From the NCBI GenBank assembly GCA_000320545.1, contig ADNK01000247.1:21300-85299 (forward strand): a stretch of DNA of 64,000 bases, written 5' to 3'. A model generated the notes under the pieces. The model saw only the letters and a list, made by a program, of their open reading frames with translations. It ran no database searches and was not told where the DNA came from. Positions 34,601 through 48,560 of the stretch are shown in pieces; the stretch's first letter is position 1; each line of letters begins with the position of its first letter. Position numbers and translations under genes: made by a program. The DNA is from Bigelowiella natans CCMP2755 (Eukaryota > Protista > Cercozoa).

Positions 34601-37228
34601 TAGCGTGGACTTCATTACACCCGCTTTTCAAGGACTTTGTGAAGTAGATGAGACCGAGTGTGGATATCAAACCATCCAAATGTCATACCCAGACGGGTTG
34701 ATTAGCTCTGGACTTCAGAATGAAAGCGCTGGTGGAATCATCGTATGTGATGGCAGTTGTCCTATCATGGGCCGCGGGTTCTACTACACTTCAACTTGTG
34801 TGGGTTTTACAGCTCCAGAGTTATGCGCTAGGATAGAGAACGACCCCTCAGGGTGTGCTTTTGGGTCCGGCGACAATTGTCGTCCGTGCTCTGAAAATGC
34901 GTTTTGCCCAGGCGGGAGTCGAATGTGGCCACGTGTCGGTCGAAATATTTTATACAGAATAATTTAAGAAATTTATATGCTTGCTGGAATCAACCTGATA
35001 ATACCAAATTTTATATAATCATAACTGCCAGGATATTGGACCTCGAGTGAATCTGTAGGGACAGTAGTACGCTGTCCACCACCTGCAGAGACACGATGCC
35101 AAGGATGGGACGAAGTAAGATCTGAACCAGATTGTGCGCAGGGCTACGAAGGGAATCTGTGTGGGTCTTGTTCCAATGGTTTCTATGAGCAGCTTAACGA
35201 ATGCATCAGATGCCCTGATTCTTCAGAAAATATCTTGCGTATCTTCATTCTTATTATTGTCGCAGCACTTCTTTTTGTTGTTGTTTACGCTGGGCTGGTG
35301 TACAGTGATATCGGCGGTGGGAAGGAAGAATATAAAGATTTGATAACATGGCAGGCAAAGGATTTTGTCATATGGACAATCTTAATCTTACAGCTATTTT
35401 CGGTGGTCACCTCCACGGCAGGAGCAAATGCTTCGGCGGCGACGACACTGTTAGCATGGATCAATGTTGTCTCGCTTGACTTCCAGGCTGTCGGTCCAGA
35501 ATGTTTCTCCACTTCTGATGAGGCTTTTCTTAGAGAATATTTGATGTTCTCTGTTATCCTTTTTGCTCTAATTGCTACTGCACTACTGAGTGGGAACGGT
35601 CCATGCTCAGCCATATTGAATGAAACTGGTACTCAAGGAAACTGGGGCAGTCAGTTAAAGACGGCGAGGGGATACTTAATGACGATGCTCATATTTCTTT
35701 ACACTCCTGCAACATTCCTTGCAGCAGGCGCCTCCTACTGTATTCCCTCAAACGATGAAAATGATGGTGACACTTTAGTGTCCTGGGCTAACCCTAATTT
35801 CGAATGTGGAGGCCCTACCCACCTTCCTGTTATGACATTAGGGCTTATTGTCTTATCTCTGTACAGTATAGCCTTTCCAATTTGGTCCTATATGAAGATT
35901 CGTGGAGTATATAAGTCTAATAATCTGTCAAAGTTCGGGGCTCGTCACTATAGAAAGTTGTGTAACCTAAAAACCAAAACTCTGATTTTTACCTTTTCAA
36001 TTTTGGATATCAACAGTACCAACACTTGTTGTGTCACTCAGATTTTTTGGAGACGATTATTATCCACAGTATTACTGGGTTATACTTTTTGTCTTGCACT
36101 GCAGCAGCAACATACTGAATATTCGTTTCTTGCTTGAAGGTTCTGCAATGTCAAATGCTATTATCATTTACACTCTGCCTTACTCGAGTATACTTATCAA
36201 ATCATGAACAGCCTGAGCAAGTAAGATAAACAAACTTCAAATTTTGAGAATGATCGTTTAAACGTGAATTCTGGACTAACTTTAGTTATCGAAGCTCATC
36301 ATTAATGTAATCGCGATATGTACCTTCCTTGCTCTTGTGGTACATTATGATTGATTTTTAAACAGAATCTAAATCTTGCGGGACATTATAATCAATATCT
36401 ATCATCTTGCTACTTAGTTACACCTGAGACCACATGTTCGACACATGGCATGGAAGCTTCCGGTCCAAATTTCCTTGATGATACTACTCATATTTGTGAG
36501 TTTGCTTGAATTCTTCAACTACTTGTTCCTTGAGCAACAGGCTGTGTCAAAATCATTCGTTGAAGGTGGGACACATTGAACATTGAACATTGAATTGATA
36601 CCATATTGGTACCCGTTGGATTTTAGATGTATGTTCCTGCATATTCCTGTTAGGATTCTCTTACTTCATACTTTGCCTGGCTCTGTTGAACTTCATGCTT
36701 TTGGGATACTCCTTCTGGTTTGTTGTAATTCGCAAGAAAGAGCAAGACTACTATATTCAGCATTTTATGATTCAACGCCAAGGTACGTCATAACTTTATC
36801 TTCTAATGCACTTTACCTAATTCTTTTCACTCATAGCTCCAGGGCAGTTATCTCGTCGAAGTGGATCAGTGTCTAGAATAAAACGTGGACAATCAAAACG
36901 AGGTGATGGTCTAGAGGATGGTCAAGATTTCAATCCCGTATACCGGCACGCTATGGTCTCAAATGGATTTCAACCTTCTCAATATTCAAGACAAACGAGA
37001 AATTCGTTAAGCGCTACTCGCGCTATGCACTATCTTCCAGAAAGAAATTTTGTTTCACCTGATGCTCAGGAACGAGCTAATTCCGGAACGTTTTCTCCTC
37101 GTAGCCAACACTCTACTGTGAACATGGTGAACATGAGAAATGGTGACAGCATCCATCATCAGCCAGAAATTAGCATTACTGCTGAATCAAAATCTGTATC
37201 TGCTTTATTTCGGTCAAACAAATGGTAA
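31672..37228 (+). CDS. Large membrane protein: signal peptide, beta-propeller/NHL-like region, P/T linker, IPT-like and Cys-rich ectodomain, multi-pass TM region
   Basis: Signal MVVRDTHYRLAAAFFFATAILHQADS; CRPCSENAFCPGGSRMWP; CAQGYEGNLCGSC; several hydrophobic helices in 35235-36720; short GT-AG introns. Confidence 0.7.
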
Positions 37229-37379
37229 ATGACAATGTTTATGGTTCTAGAGCTAGATGCAGATTTGCAGTAAACACATGCAGCTAGAAATATCCAATAA
37301 ATTACATCGTAACAAAAATGTCTTCAGAAATAGATTGCTTGCTTAAGGGGGACCATGAGATTGTCTTTTAAGCACCAAA

Positions 37380-38840
37380 CATAGCTCATTTGCAAATTTG
37401 CTGTGGTGTCATCATCACAGCATCGTCCAGTTCATCGCAGCCTATGTGCACACAACATCACCGCATGAGATTCAAATGGTCCAAATTCGGACATTCGCCT
37501 GCTAGCTCGCGTTGCAGTCCACGCTAGCATGGCCGGAATTTGTCTTTGCTAATTTGATCATGTCTAGATGTGTGCTAGTGTGCGCAAATGTTGGCTCAGC
37601 TCACAATGTCGCCATCAGGATCGGATGCAAGTTGGGATCCCAGACGACACGGTTTCATCGGTGGTGCACGCTGCACGTGTTGCATGCATGCTAGCATGTA
37701 GCATGCACGTGGCTAGCGTGTGGTTGACAACAGCTAAACAGCTCACGTGAGCTGTGGGCGCGCGTTCGTTGTTCATGAATGGATCACATGGTTGCCACAT
37801 GCTAGCTAGCTAGCTAGCACGCCGCGGTGCCGCAGACTAGAATCGGCAACATCGCATCGATCGCATCATTGTTGGATTATTTGGTGTTGCGGATGGTCGG
37901 TGTTTGTGCACGCCATTCTTCTGCAGAATCGTGAAACTGGTCTGTCTAGCTGTCTAGCTGTGCTGGTGTGTGGCGGAACACAATTGCACATTGTGACAAT
38001 GGCATTGATGATGCAAAAGCAACGTGCGCAAGCTAGCAAGAGCCACACGTTGAACAGGCATTTGCACGCAGCAGCGCCTGCAAACAAGCGAAAAACCATT
38101 GCGAGGACTTGTCAGCACCCTGCTAGCTGCAGCTAGCCTGTCCAACTGTTGAACATCAATCGTTGCGAAACAAACGTGATGGAGAACTGCATTTCCAAAG
38201 TGCTGCACAAGACTTGCAAAGTGCGAAACGCAAAGCCTCGAACTAGCTTCAGTGAGGACTGATTGGATTTGAAAAATTGGCACTCTGGCTAGCTCTAGAG
38301 CTAGCTGCGTGGGGCAGCGCATTCAGCAGCAATGTGGCGGCGATGCAAAGCATGTGCTCTTCGCAGAAACTTCGTGAAGGCTACATCTACACGATGAAAG
38401 CAGCCGGGTCGTCCGAAGCGAGGACCTTTTTGTCACCAGAGACCATTGAACAATGAACAATGAACAATGAACAATGAACAATGAACAATGAACAATGAAC
38501 AATGAACAATGAAGAAAGCGTTGATCAAAACTGCATGCGCCAGAACCACATGGGAGACAGGCATTTGCACGCAGCAGAGCCTCAACAACACTCGTTGCAA
38601 GGACTTGTCAGCACCCTGTTGGTGAGAGACACAAAAAATCAGCCGCATCCCATGAAATTGGCATGGATGCCGATTGATGGTGCCGTTGAGATGTGAATTG
38701 ATTGGAACTAAAGCTGGCATCTTGGATGCCGAACAGCAGCAAAATTGTCGAGCAGGACAATGGTTCGACGGAAAGCCCTGTCAATTTCTTTGTCAGTCGA
38801 AGGGACACCAGATGTGGCCCGAAAGCGTTGATCAAAACTA
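37380..38840. repeat. TpA-depleted degenerate repeat island
   Basis: Nearly all remaining TA are in CTAG/CTA/TAG context; internal direct repeats (38054/38557, 38514/38821). Confidence 0.6.
38447..38513. repeat. (TGAACAA)n heptamer tandem repeat, about 9 copies
   Basis: Directly visible. Confidence 0.95.
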
Positions 38841-39050
38841 CATTGAATTGAGAGCGGTAGTCGTCAGTCTCAAACACGATTATCCACATGGCTCCATTTG
38901 CGATAAACAAACAAAAAAATTTATCTGCGACATACAAAACAAGTCGTTATTTTATGGAAAACAACGCCGTTCAATGTTTGCAAACCGAGGAATTTGATTC
39001 TTTCGTGGCTGCAATCGCAGCAAGTTGGAGCACTAGCCCAGGAGAACACG

Positions 39051-41085
39051 ATGGCGTCGTCCCAAACCCAATCGAGACCTGTCCAGCTACGAAAACTTCT
39101 TTCAGCCTGCATCGACTGTTCCAGAGCTGCAGGAAAGCTGATTCGCTCAATAAGGGAGAAGGGCGCGCTGCAGGCGAAGGACAAGGACAAAGGTGGGGAT
39201 GACGGCTCAAATGGGGAGGTGGATGAGAAGGACCTAAAGGACCCTGTGACCGTCGCGGATTTGGAGGCCCAACGACTCATCGAACATGCGCTAAATTACG
39301 CTTTTCCAGGGATCAACACCGTAGGTCGGAGCTCTGTGTCCTCAAGGGTTATGTCATGTTCAAACATATTGTAGCCGAGCTCACCCCACCTCAAACCACC
39401 CTTTCTTTTCCCTCTGTTGTAGGGGAGGAAGGCACGCTGGACAAACCAGATGTTCTGTTCTCTCCGAGTATAGATCTGGTAAAAGACACTCTTCCCTCCG
39501 TATACGATGCGGTACCGCCAGAAGATATTACGATTTGGATTGATCCAGTCGATGGAACGAAGGTCGTGCGTGTGTGCATGCGGTGAACCACTTCCACTGC
39601 CGCACTCACCTTCATTTGAGATAATCGAACGGTCATCCACACAGCCACCATTATAAACTGTTAGTCGTTTATCCTCGGGAAGCTGGACGTTGTGACCTGT
39701 CTGATTGGCATCTCGGTTAGGGGTTGTGCTACGGCGGGTGTTATCCACTATCCGTGGAGGGAGGGGGGGGGCAAAACAGGTGTTGATGATGAACTATTTC
39801 ACTCACGTTGGCATCATAGAATAGCAAATCATTTTGGTTCGCCTGAGCATTTATACAGTCACGCACGTACGCAAATTCAGTCTGGGGCGTGCGAGGACAT
39901 GGAGTTGGAGGTGACATCATCGCTTCGTGCCTGAAGACACTCTCCCTGCCTGATCGAGTGAGTGGATATCAGGAACAATTGATAAAAGATAAAAATCTTC
40001 AATGAAACGGAGAGCTAGTAGAGAACGAAAACACATCGTTGAGGATTGCTTTGTATTCATAGAAGCGTCGAAGAGCTCTCATATGGTTCGGGGAGAAGGA
40101 AAAACTTGCTAAAGCTTTAAAAGTAGCATTAATAGCATGCATTAAATGCAGTTTCAATGGCTGTACTAGTAACTGTTGTAGTACTGGTAATATTTTTGTT
40201 TATACCTATTCGCAACCCCCCTCCACAGAAAAGCTTCATTCACGTATCGTGTATTTTCATTATGATTATCATCATATCATTGTTGTCATTTTCCTCATCT
40301 CGTATTCTCCCATAGAATGTAGAAAGGCCTCTAGGTGAAGTTGTCACCTCAGGGAGTGCTGGAAACATGATAATGAAGGTGTCGCTTGAGTGCAACGCGA
40401 GAGCCGAGCTTTCATATTTGACCGCGTATACACTCAAATGTGTCCTTATTCAAGAAAATAGACAGATGTCTAAGTTGATAGGTATTCGTTTAAGACTTCG
40501 CTTATTCTGTACGTCATCTTCCAAATTAGGTTGTGGAGGGGGAGGTAGATGTGTACTTCCAAACAGCAAACAATAAGTGGGATACATGCGCTGCAGAGGC
40601 CATTCTAAGAGCAGCAGGAGGAAATCTCACTGATTTCTATGGCCGCCAGTACTTCTACGACAAGTGAGGATGGGAGGGGGGGGTATAAGCTTGCATTTTC
40701 TTTATATCTTCATTCACTCTCTATCTTTCCGCGTGTCCCCATCAGAAACGCAAAACATCGCAATTCGACTGGAGTTCTCGCGACATTGTTTGACCACGAA
40801 ACGTAATTAGACCACTACCAAACATTAAAAGATCCATATAGTTAGAAGAGTATAGAGGAATGGAAGATGAGAGGAGAGGGGGGGGGGGTACAAAAAGGGA
40901 AGAAATGAAAATATATTTATTGGCACCGGCTGGATTGGGTGGTCACTTGCCAAGTTTTCACATGCCAAATAGAATTGGAAGGAAAGTCTTGAAGATATAT
41001 GGCAATAATGACGTGCAGGTACTTACCCAGATGTGGCGATGAGGATGATCTTGTTAAAGCATGCAATGATGAATTTAAAAAGTAG
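39051..41085 (+). CDS. Inositol monophosphatase family / 3'(2'),5'-bisphosphate nucleotidase (BPNT1-like), multi-exon
   Basis: DPVTVADLEAQ, GEE, WIDPVDGTK, LIGISVRG..AGVIH, GSAG, KWDTCAAEAILRAAGGNLTD. The last exon is uncertain (alternative stop near 40806). Confidence 0.9.
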
Positions 41086-42065
41086 ATCAACTGTAAGAAA
41101 CATGCACGGTGTACATGCTATGCTGGCGGCTAAAATTTGACGTCTAAGCTATAGTGCCGTTGCTGACATTGTTCACAATGAGTTTGCACGATGGGTAGTA
41201 GGCGCAAGATCATTGTTGACACTGGGAAAAGGACTAAGTCTACTAGTCTAGTAAGCAGATGTTGCATCCGCCATGATCTGTTATTTATAATCTACATGCA
41301 GTGTAACTTGCATTGTGGCAATAGCATGGCATGTCTTGTACGTACGTGCTGGACCATCCCCGGAAAATTATAAACTTAACGACAGCTGGCGGCATAGTTC
41401 TATACGTACGTGTGCATATGTACCTAATGCTTAGCTCCCACACTGCCATGCATGCTACATCCGGTATGCAATAAGCACGTACTGTAGTAGTCATGTGCGA
41501 GATGGCGCCGGCGAGGCGATCGAATAATGTAATGAAATAGTTACTACATTTTTTCATTGCAATCATCATCCTAATTATGTAGCCATAAAGGCTCTATATA
41601 CAACATATGGCACAAAAAATACCGCGCAACATATGTTCGTATACGTGTGTACGCTATATAGCCATAAAGGCTCTATATAATCTAGTAATGTAGCTAGTCT
41701 AGTTGTCATCAATGATGCAGCATGATTATCATGATCATGGCAGCATGTCTAGATGTGTCTAGCTAGCTAGCTAGGTACTCTACTGGCGTGCTATTAGGCT
41801 AGCGTGTGTAAACATCTTAATCGGTTAATATAAAGGGTACCCAGTTCAATAATGGTACAATATGATTGTATACTTCGACCATCGGCACCATAAACTTGCT
41901 TTCATTTGCCGGATGCAAATGCGATACATGTGCTTACAGACGAGTTATTAAAGGGATATTTTATTCATTAAGTTAAATCGCTGTTAATGCGACGCCATTC
42001 ATCTAGACACGTCGGTGTAACCGCACGTGATAATATATCATCTATAGTTATGTCCCTATCCCTCC

Positions 42066-44046
42066 CTAGTTTCTCATTCCTCCTCCTGCACTGGGAACGG
42101 GCGGTGACCCCATTGCCCCAAGCAGCAGCTGCGTCTGTGGCTGCTTCTGGAGTGTTTGACTGTTGCGGCTTCCCACAGTTTTCTCCTTTGTCGTTGGGAA
42201 AGGATTCGCCCTTAGCTGGTGAAGTGATCGGCCGAAGTGCACGTGTTGCTCGTATGCATAAAGATACTCCTGGTAGAATCCACGCAACAGACAGCACGAC
42301 TCCTCTCTTGTGGGGCCCTCATATCTCCCTAGTTTAGATAGAATTTCTTCCCAACAACGAGGATTTGACGCAATGCGGTCGTAGCCTCCTCTTGCAACTA
42401 CTTGACGGAATAGGTTGTAGAGGTTAACATCACGCTTTGCGATTGTCGGGTACCTCGTGAGCGGCGCCGAGATTGACCGTAGGAATGAGGTTAGGTTCTT
42501 ATAAAACTGCACTACACCGCTTACTTGCTGCTTCTTCTTCCGCTTATTTATTGATGAAGGTCGTCGTCGTGGTACTTCCAAGTTCCCCCTTCTTGTTTGC
42601 AGTATCTTCGTTTGCAGTATCTTCGACTTCATGGCAAGTAGATCTATGCCTTTATGCTGTGCCAACTGACAAAAGTAGGATCATGACTTAGCAATAGAAG
42701 TTGGGATGGTACTGCTAGGGGTTGCACTATACAAAGCTAGTATACTAGATGACAGACATGAAGGCATGCAATACCTGAACTAATTTCAGCACTTCGCTGA
42801 TATGCAACGGTCCTTTCCCCTGCCGAGATTTCCTCCCAGTTTGCAGGTGCCGATGGCGTTCCTGCTGGCTATGTTTTACATCGGTTCCAGCGAGTTTCTT
42901 GAGCTGCTGGAGTACTTTGGATGGCGTCGATGATGACGATGAAGGCAATGCGGATGTTGCTGATGAACTTCTTTTCAATATTGTGGTGAGCTTTGGGCAA
43001 GTCACGATGTTATCATTGCTACCGCTTTCTCCAATGGGACGCAGGCGTTGATCTGATGCTTCTGCCTTCACCTCTGCGTTTTTGAGGTGATTGAGGACAA
43101 GAGCTCGAGAGGCTTCAGATTTCTTCATTAGATTCCTTGGAGACGTAGGGGTATGAGTGGCCTTCTCCCGCCGCTCTGCCTCTTTCGCTGCTTCCAGGAA
43201 AATCATGGAGAAGTCCTGGACGGTACCGCCGCCGCCGCTGCTGCTGCTGCTGGAAACACTTTTTTTCCTCTTCTTCGATATTTGCTTCAACGTGGAAGGT
43301 ATCGCCCTGCGTTTAAGAGGACATTTCTTCATCAATGCAGATATTGAGGCGGCTAATGGTAGATTATCCCGCGCCTCCTCGTGTATTATCCTATTGCTGC
43401 TGCTGCCAGTAATATTTTCCTCAACCTTTCCTTCCTTACCCGTTTTTGAACTCTCGAAAGCAATGAAGGGGGTCTTTGGTTCGGAGTTGGCTCGGTGTTG
43501 GTGAGGATATTCTCCATGGCCCCGGCAGCCGCGGCACTGGTATGAAAAATCCTCCCTGTCCTTAGCCAAATAAGCCTCAAGCGCGATGCGATATCCTGCG
43601 TTTACTTCACAGGCGACGTGGCTCCAGCGTAAGCATTCCGAGCATTCAATCCATTTTTTACCATCAAACAGGTCGCTGTCCCTTTGTCGGTAAATTTGGT
43701 CGCAATAGCCACAGAACTGGTCACGATCGAAATGCTTTGCGCAACCCTTGCACAGTTTGGCCTGTGCCACTCCCTAATATGATTCGCATTCAATGGTTAA
43801 TCCTATTATATAGACAATCGAAAAAAATGTGTGGTGCAGAGTGCGGAAAGTGTATTTGGAGACCCCGTATAAACAAATATGGCTCATTGCGAGTTCCAAA
43901 AGAAGCTGGCGCTCGCTCCAAATTACGTACACGCAAGCACTGGGGCCTTACAAATTGCACAATACCTTATAATCTCTCCTGTGCCATATAAGTGAGGTTG
44001 TGCGGCCGCAAAAGTTGTTGGCACATGAGGATTCCCCACTACTCAT
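42066..44046 (-). CDS. Chromatin protein with an N-terminal PHD-like zinc finger and a C-terminal ARID domain, 3 exons
   Basis: Spliced N-terminus MSSGESSCANNFCGRTTSLIWHRRDYK|GVAQAKLCKGC...FCGYC...WIECSECLRWSHVAC...CRGC. ARID: FYKNLTSFL...VNLYNLFRQVVARGGYDRI...WEEI...LRGFYQEYLYAYE. Confidence 0.85.
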
Positions 44047-46127
44047 GTCACGATGACGAAAAGGTGATTCTGGGTGACCGCGAGAATCACAATATGACTA
44101 TTAAGACTTAGATCACTTGCCATGTAAAATCCTTAAATCAACTAATATCGTTAAAAATGTAGTATGCGACATCATAAAAGAATCTCTTTATAACATTATT
44201 AATAATTAATTGAAATATTTAACATCCAAGTGCGTTGTTTGAGTCTGAGGATAGAAACGCCTTCCAGGAAATACGACACATTAAACTCGGGATATTCAAA
44301 ATTTTCAAATACGAATAATTATATGTTCTATTTTTATCCATTTTAAATAACTTAGTCTAGTCGTTTTTATATGTACTAGTATATAAAATATTTTATAGAT
44401 TTCTTCAAAATATATTAAACCTTATTTTGAATCTACACCTTCAGCGATAGCGATGAACCCAATTTAAACATTAAATTAACATTGCATTCATAAATTCCAA
44501 AAGGTCTCCTGTTATTATAGTATATTTTACTAAATCCGGTGTTACGGCATTCTTGGAAGACGAGGGTCCAAAATGAGTGAGATTATGAACTAAAATGAAG
44601 GTGATTTCAACATTAAATCATATGCATGGATTGTTTTTTTGTAAAAATGTATATCGTCAATATCTGGTCTAATCCCGGGCTTTGAATTTTTCCTGGTAGT
44701 TTCATGATAAACCGGAAGATAATTTAAGTTTTTGTAATTTTATTTTATTACACCATAATTTATTTTTACGATGTAATTTATCATAGTTTGAACAATAATC
44801 TTGAAATATATTCCCAAAATAGCAGATTTTAAAATCATACTTTAGCTTTCTAAATAAAATATAGCTGACTACTGTAAGAAGTATCTTCCGGTAAGCCTGA
44901 GATTATTCAGAATATATCATGTTTATAATCAATATGTCGATAGAAAATAGAAACATAAATTACACTTACGTCTGCATCTATGAGTTCGATAGATAGAAAA
45001 TCAGGATTTTATTCATTTGGTAAAATCATTTTAGATGAATATATAGGAATAATAATAAATGGTAAAACCAACGTAGAAACGTAGCTCAATTTTTATGAAT
45101 CCTCTAGTTCTGTTGACGTAAATAGTAAATCCCCTTCATAATATGGTAACGATTCTTGGGAAGTTCTCCCGAGTTCTATATGCATTAAATTCCTTCGTCG
45201 TCGTTCTTTTTCGTAATTTTTAGAATCATATAAGTGAAAATAAAATTGGATATATTTGTATTGAAGAATTTGCAGCAATTGCAATCGATAAAACCATCCT
45301 CCAGACAGGTGAAGAACGGGACACAGACCAAAACACACAGAGAGCGATGTCGGAATAGACGAGGTGTGCTCTCGTTCCGCCACGCTGGGTGTGGTGTGGT
45401 TGGTGGTTTTCGATGATGCTACGTCAGGATGCCCGTCGTTGCCCCGCCACGAAAACATCGCTCTGCACAGTCTGGTGTGCTAACCTCCTTTGGATTCTGA
45501 TCATCTGCTCGTCGTCGCCGTCTCGGCAATATAGGCGACGACAGCCTGCCCTGCGTTCCGCTATTCCAGCTCCACCAGACTCCCTCAAACAGGTCTCCTT
45601 TAGTTGAACTAATGAAATCTCTCCCAAATAGGCTATGCTTTTTCACTCTCTATTGTAGAGGAAGCCCTCGTGTCTCGCTTATTTTGGTGAAACATGATCT
45701 GTAGGAGGGACACGAGATAAAATTCTTCGCCTATGTGGGTGTGCCATGCGATATTACCGGTTCGCCTCCTTTCTTATTCCTAACTTCCCTCTTCCCCTCC
45801 TATTTTCTTACGTTCTGTTCTCCACTCATACTGCACGGTTCATCAACATTTACCAGAGCCGATGCAGGAGTATACTTGCGGAAAGAAGCAACGGCGATAC
45901 TTCACTCGGAGAGATGGAAGGTGCAGAATACTGCTCTAACATACAAGTGTTGAGCAGGATGAGAAAAAGCCTAAACATTCAAGACAATGTTGATTGTATT
46001 TTTTGGTAGGGAGGAGGCGTGGATGGACAATCTCATTCCGGAACTGCGGGAGAGGTGGCCAACACAGATGAATAGAGATACAGATCATTTGTTACGAAGT
46101 TTCCAGAACTAGTGATGGAAATGAGGG

Positions 46128-46179
<52 letters not shown>

Positions 46180-46187
46180 TACTCACC

Positions 46188-47351
46188 TTGGTATGCAGCA
46201 TACAGCATGCCTGTCACTTACACAGGCTCGGTGCCCCGCCCATCAATAAAACGGCTGTCGTCCAATCGAACCAGACTCTAGCACCCCCTATCGACTGGGA
46301 CGAACACGTGAGTGATATCAAATTCGCAAGTAATGCTCCAAAGATCCACCGCGTGGAGTTTATTTATCTCTACCTTTAGGCTGTAGTTGATAGCGACCAA
46401 GAGGAAGCGCAACGAGTGCAGAAATTCCTTCAGAATCAGAGCTTCATAGGCAATTTCGGCGTCGGAAGCTTGGGGCTGCTCACACCTAGCAACACGGTTG
46501 ATAATTGGTGTATCTGGAGTGTGAGCGAGTGACGAAACTATCCATGTGTGCTTGGTTTTTGTGCTTGAATGCCCGGTTACGAAATCCCTCTCCCCGTTAC
46601 ACCTCTTCTCATGCATCTGACTGCTACGCACCTCTTACATGCTGCCTTTTTGCAGAGTAATTCGTTAGGCGTTAGCATGTATTATGATGACCGCTGCTTG
46701 ACCAAGAGGCTTCCTTTCAACCAGCGTGCAACCAACATAGCTATGGCGGCGGGTATATTGTACTAATCATCTGTGGATTATCGGCCACACACTTCATAGA
46801 ATCTCCATTCTGTTCAAAAGTAATTGGGATGTACTTCTTTTTCGAATGGCAGGTGACAACACAAAGATCCATGGCGATGCGTTTATATCCAGATTTTACC
46901 ATGTAGGAAAAATGAATATTTCTCTCTCTCTGAGTCCGTGTATTTTCATGCCAGAAGAGAGATGGCTCAGCTTCTTTCCTTATGCCAAATCTCTCCCCTT
47001 TCCCTCCTCCTCTAGGGTCGTGGATCCCAGGATTGCCGGAGAATCAATTTCACGCTCAAAGACTGTTCTTCTGATGCCGAGTGGGTCAAGCAGGTGAGGG
47101 CGCGACTTTGTCTCTCCATTTTGCGCTCACACACAATACGCATTGAAGACACACAAGGCCTGCAATGCTGCCTCAAGTTAGTTTTGTGCTTAGCGAAGTC
47201 ATTCACATTTGATCGATAGGCTCGTTTGGCAGCAGAGAAGCGGCTGAAAGAAAGCGAAATACTCGCGGAGAATGGCAAGCAGGGATTCGGTGGACGACGA
47301 CAAACCAGCACGGAGGATCGCGTGCCCCCTAATATGCAGTTTAAATCCGAT

Positions 47352-47425
<74 letters not shown>

Positions 47426-48305
47426 ATAGCAGTATGAGGAGAAGGAGAAGGGGTAATAATCTAGCGATAAAGGGGAAGAAGGGAGTCATGCTGCAGCCGT
47501 CTAGACTGTTAGTTGTTAGAGGTGCTGGCTTTGAGGAGGAGGAGCAGGAGGAGTAGGAGGGGGGAGAATAATCACGATGAGTAGGATTATGATGATGGAT
47601 GATGATGACGACAACGACGTTGATGATGATGATGATAATGCTGTGCTTAATTTTAGGATTTGAAGTGCGAGAAGGACGAAGAGCGTCTTGGAGGTGTCAA
47701 CAACAGGTAGCAGCAATTGGGAGAAGAGCAAGGATGATGCATCCCAACACACATTCTGACCGTTATTATCTTCAGCGGCAGTAAGAAGAATCATAGTCAT
47801 TGCGGTATACACACTGATAGGTTTCAGTGGACGCAAACACGGTCGTACGCGAGTATTAGCGTCAATTTACCACCGGGAACTTCGAAGAACGATATCCGTG
47901 TTGACTTCAAACCTGACGTAATGATCGAGCTCACAGAAGCGACTAATTGCACGAATGTCAACATGCCAAATCTACTTGTAGCGTGGGCACTCGCCTGGGG
48001 AAGAAATCATCATCATTTACCTCGTCCACCGTTGTAAAGCTGCCGAACTCTTGTTGCCAATCTTCTGAGATGATACTAATTATGTAATCGAGAATGCGAA
48101 TCTCATTGATGTTTCCCACCGATATGCAATCGTATTCAGTCGTTACGCGTCGAGGTTAAAGGCCGTCTCATAATAGATGGCATGTTGTTTAAGAGGATTT
48201 ACTTGGATTCTGCTGTCTGGTGCATCGGTACAGAGACCGGGACAAATCATTATATCCAGAATCCCTTCCCTCTCCCTTAATTTCTGTTCCCGCCCCCGTC
48301 CTCGT

Positions 48306-48373
<68 letters not shown>

Positions 48374-48560
48374 TGTGCTTGTGCTTGTGCCTGTGTAGTT
48401 TCCAGTACTCATTATGAGATCGCAGATTGAACCTTCCTCCTCTCATCGCCTTCTGACAGAGTGTCATACTAATCGTCGTTGTCCTCCTCGTCGTCCACCA
48501 TATACACGGTAGAGTCTGACGTGCTCGAGATCAACCTTGACAAGTGCTTGGAAGAGGTGT
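46188..48560 (-). CDS. Probable unidentified multi-exon gene
   Basis: Exon-like segments (e.g. SDAEIAYEALILKEFLHSLRFLLVAINYSL) between SSR-containing introns; no family recognised. Confidence 0.3.
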
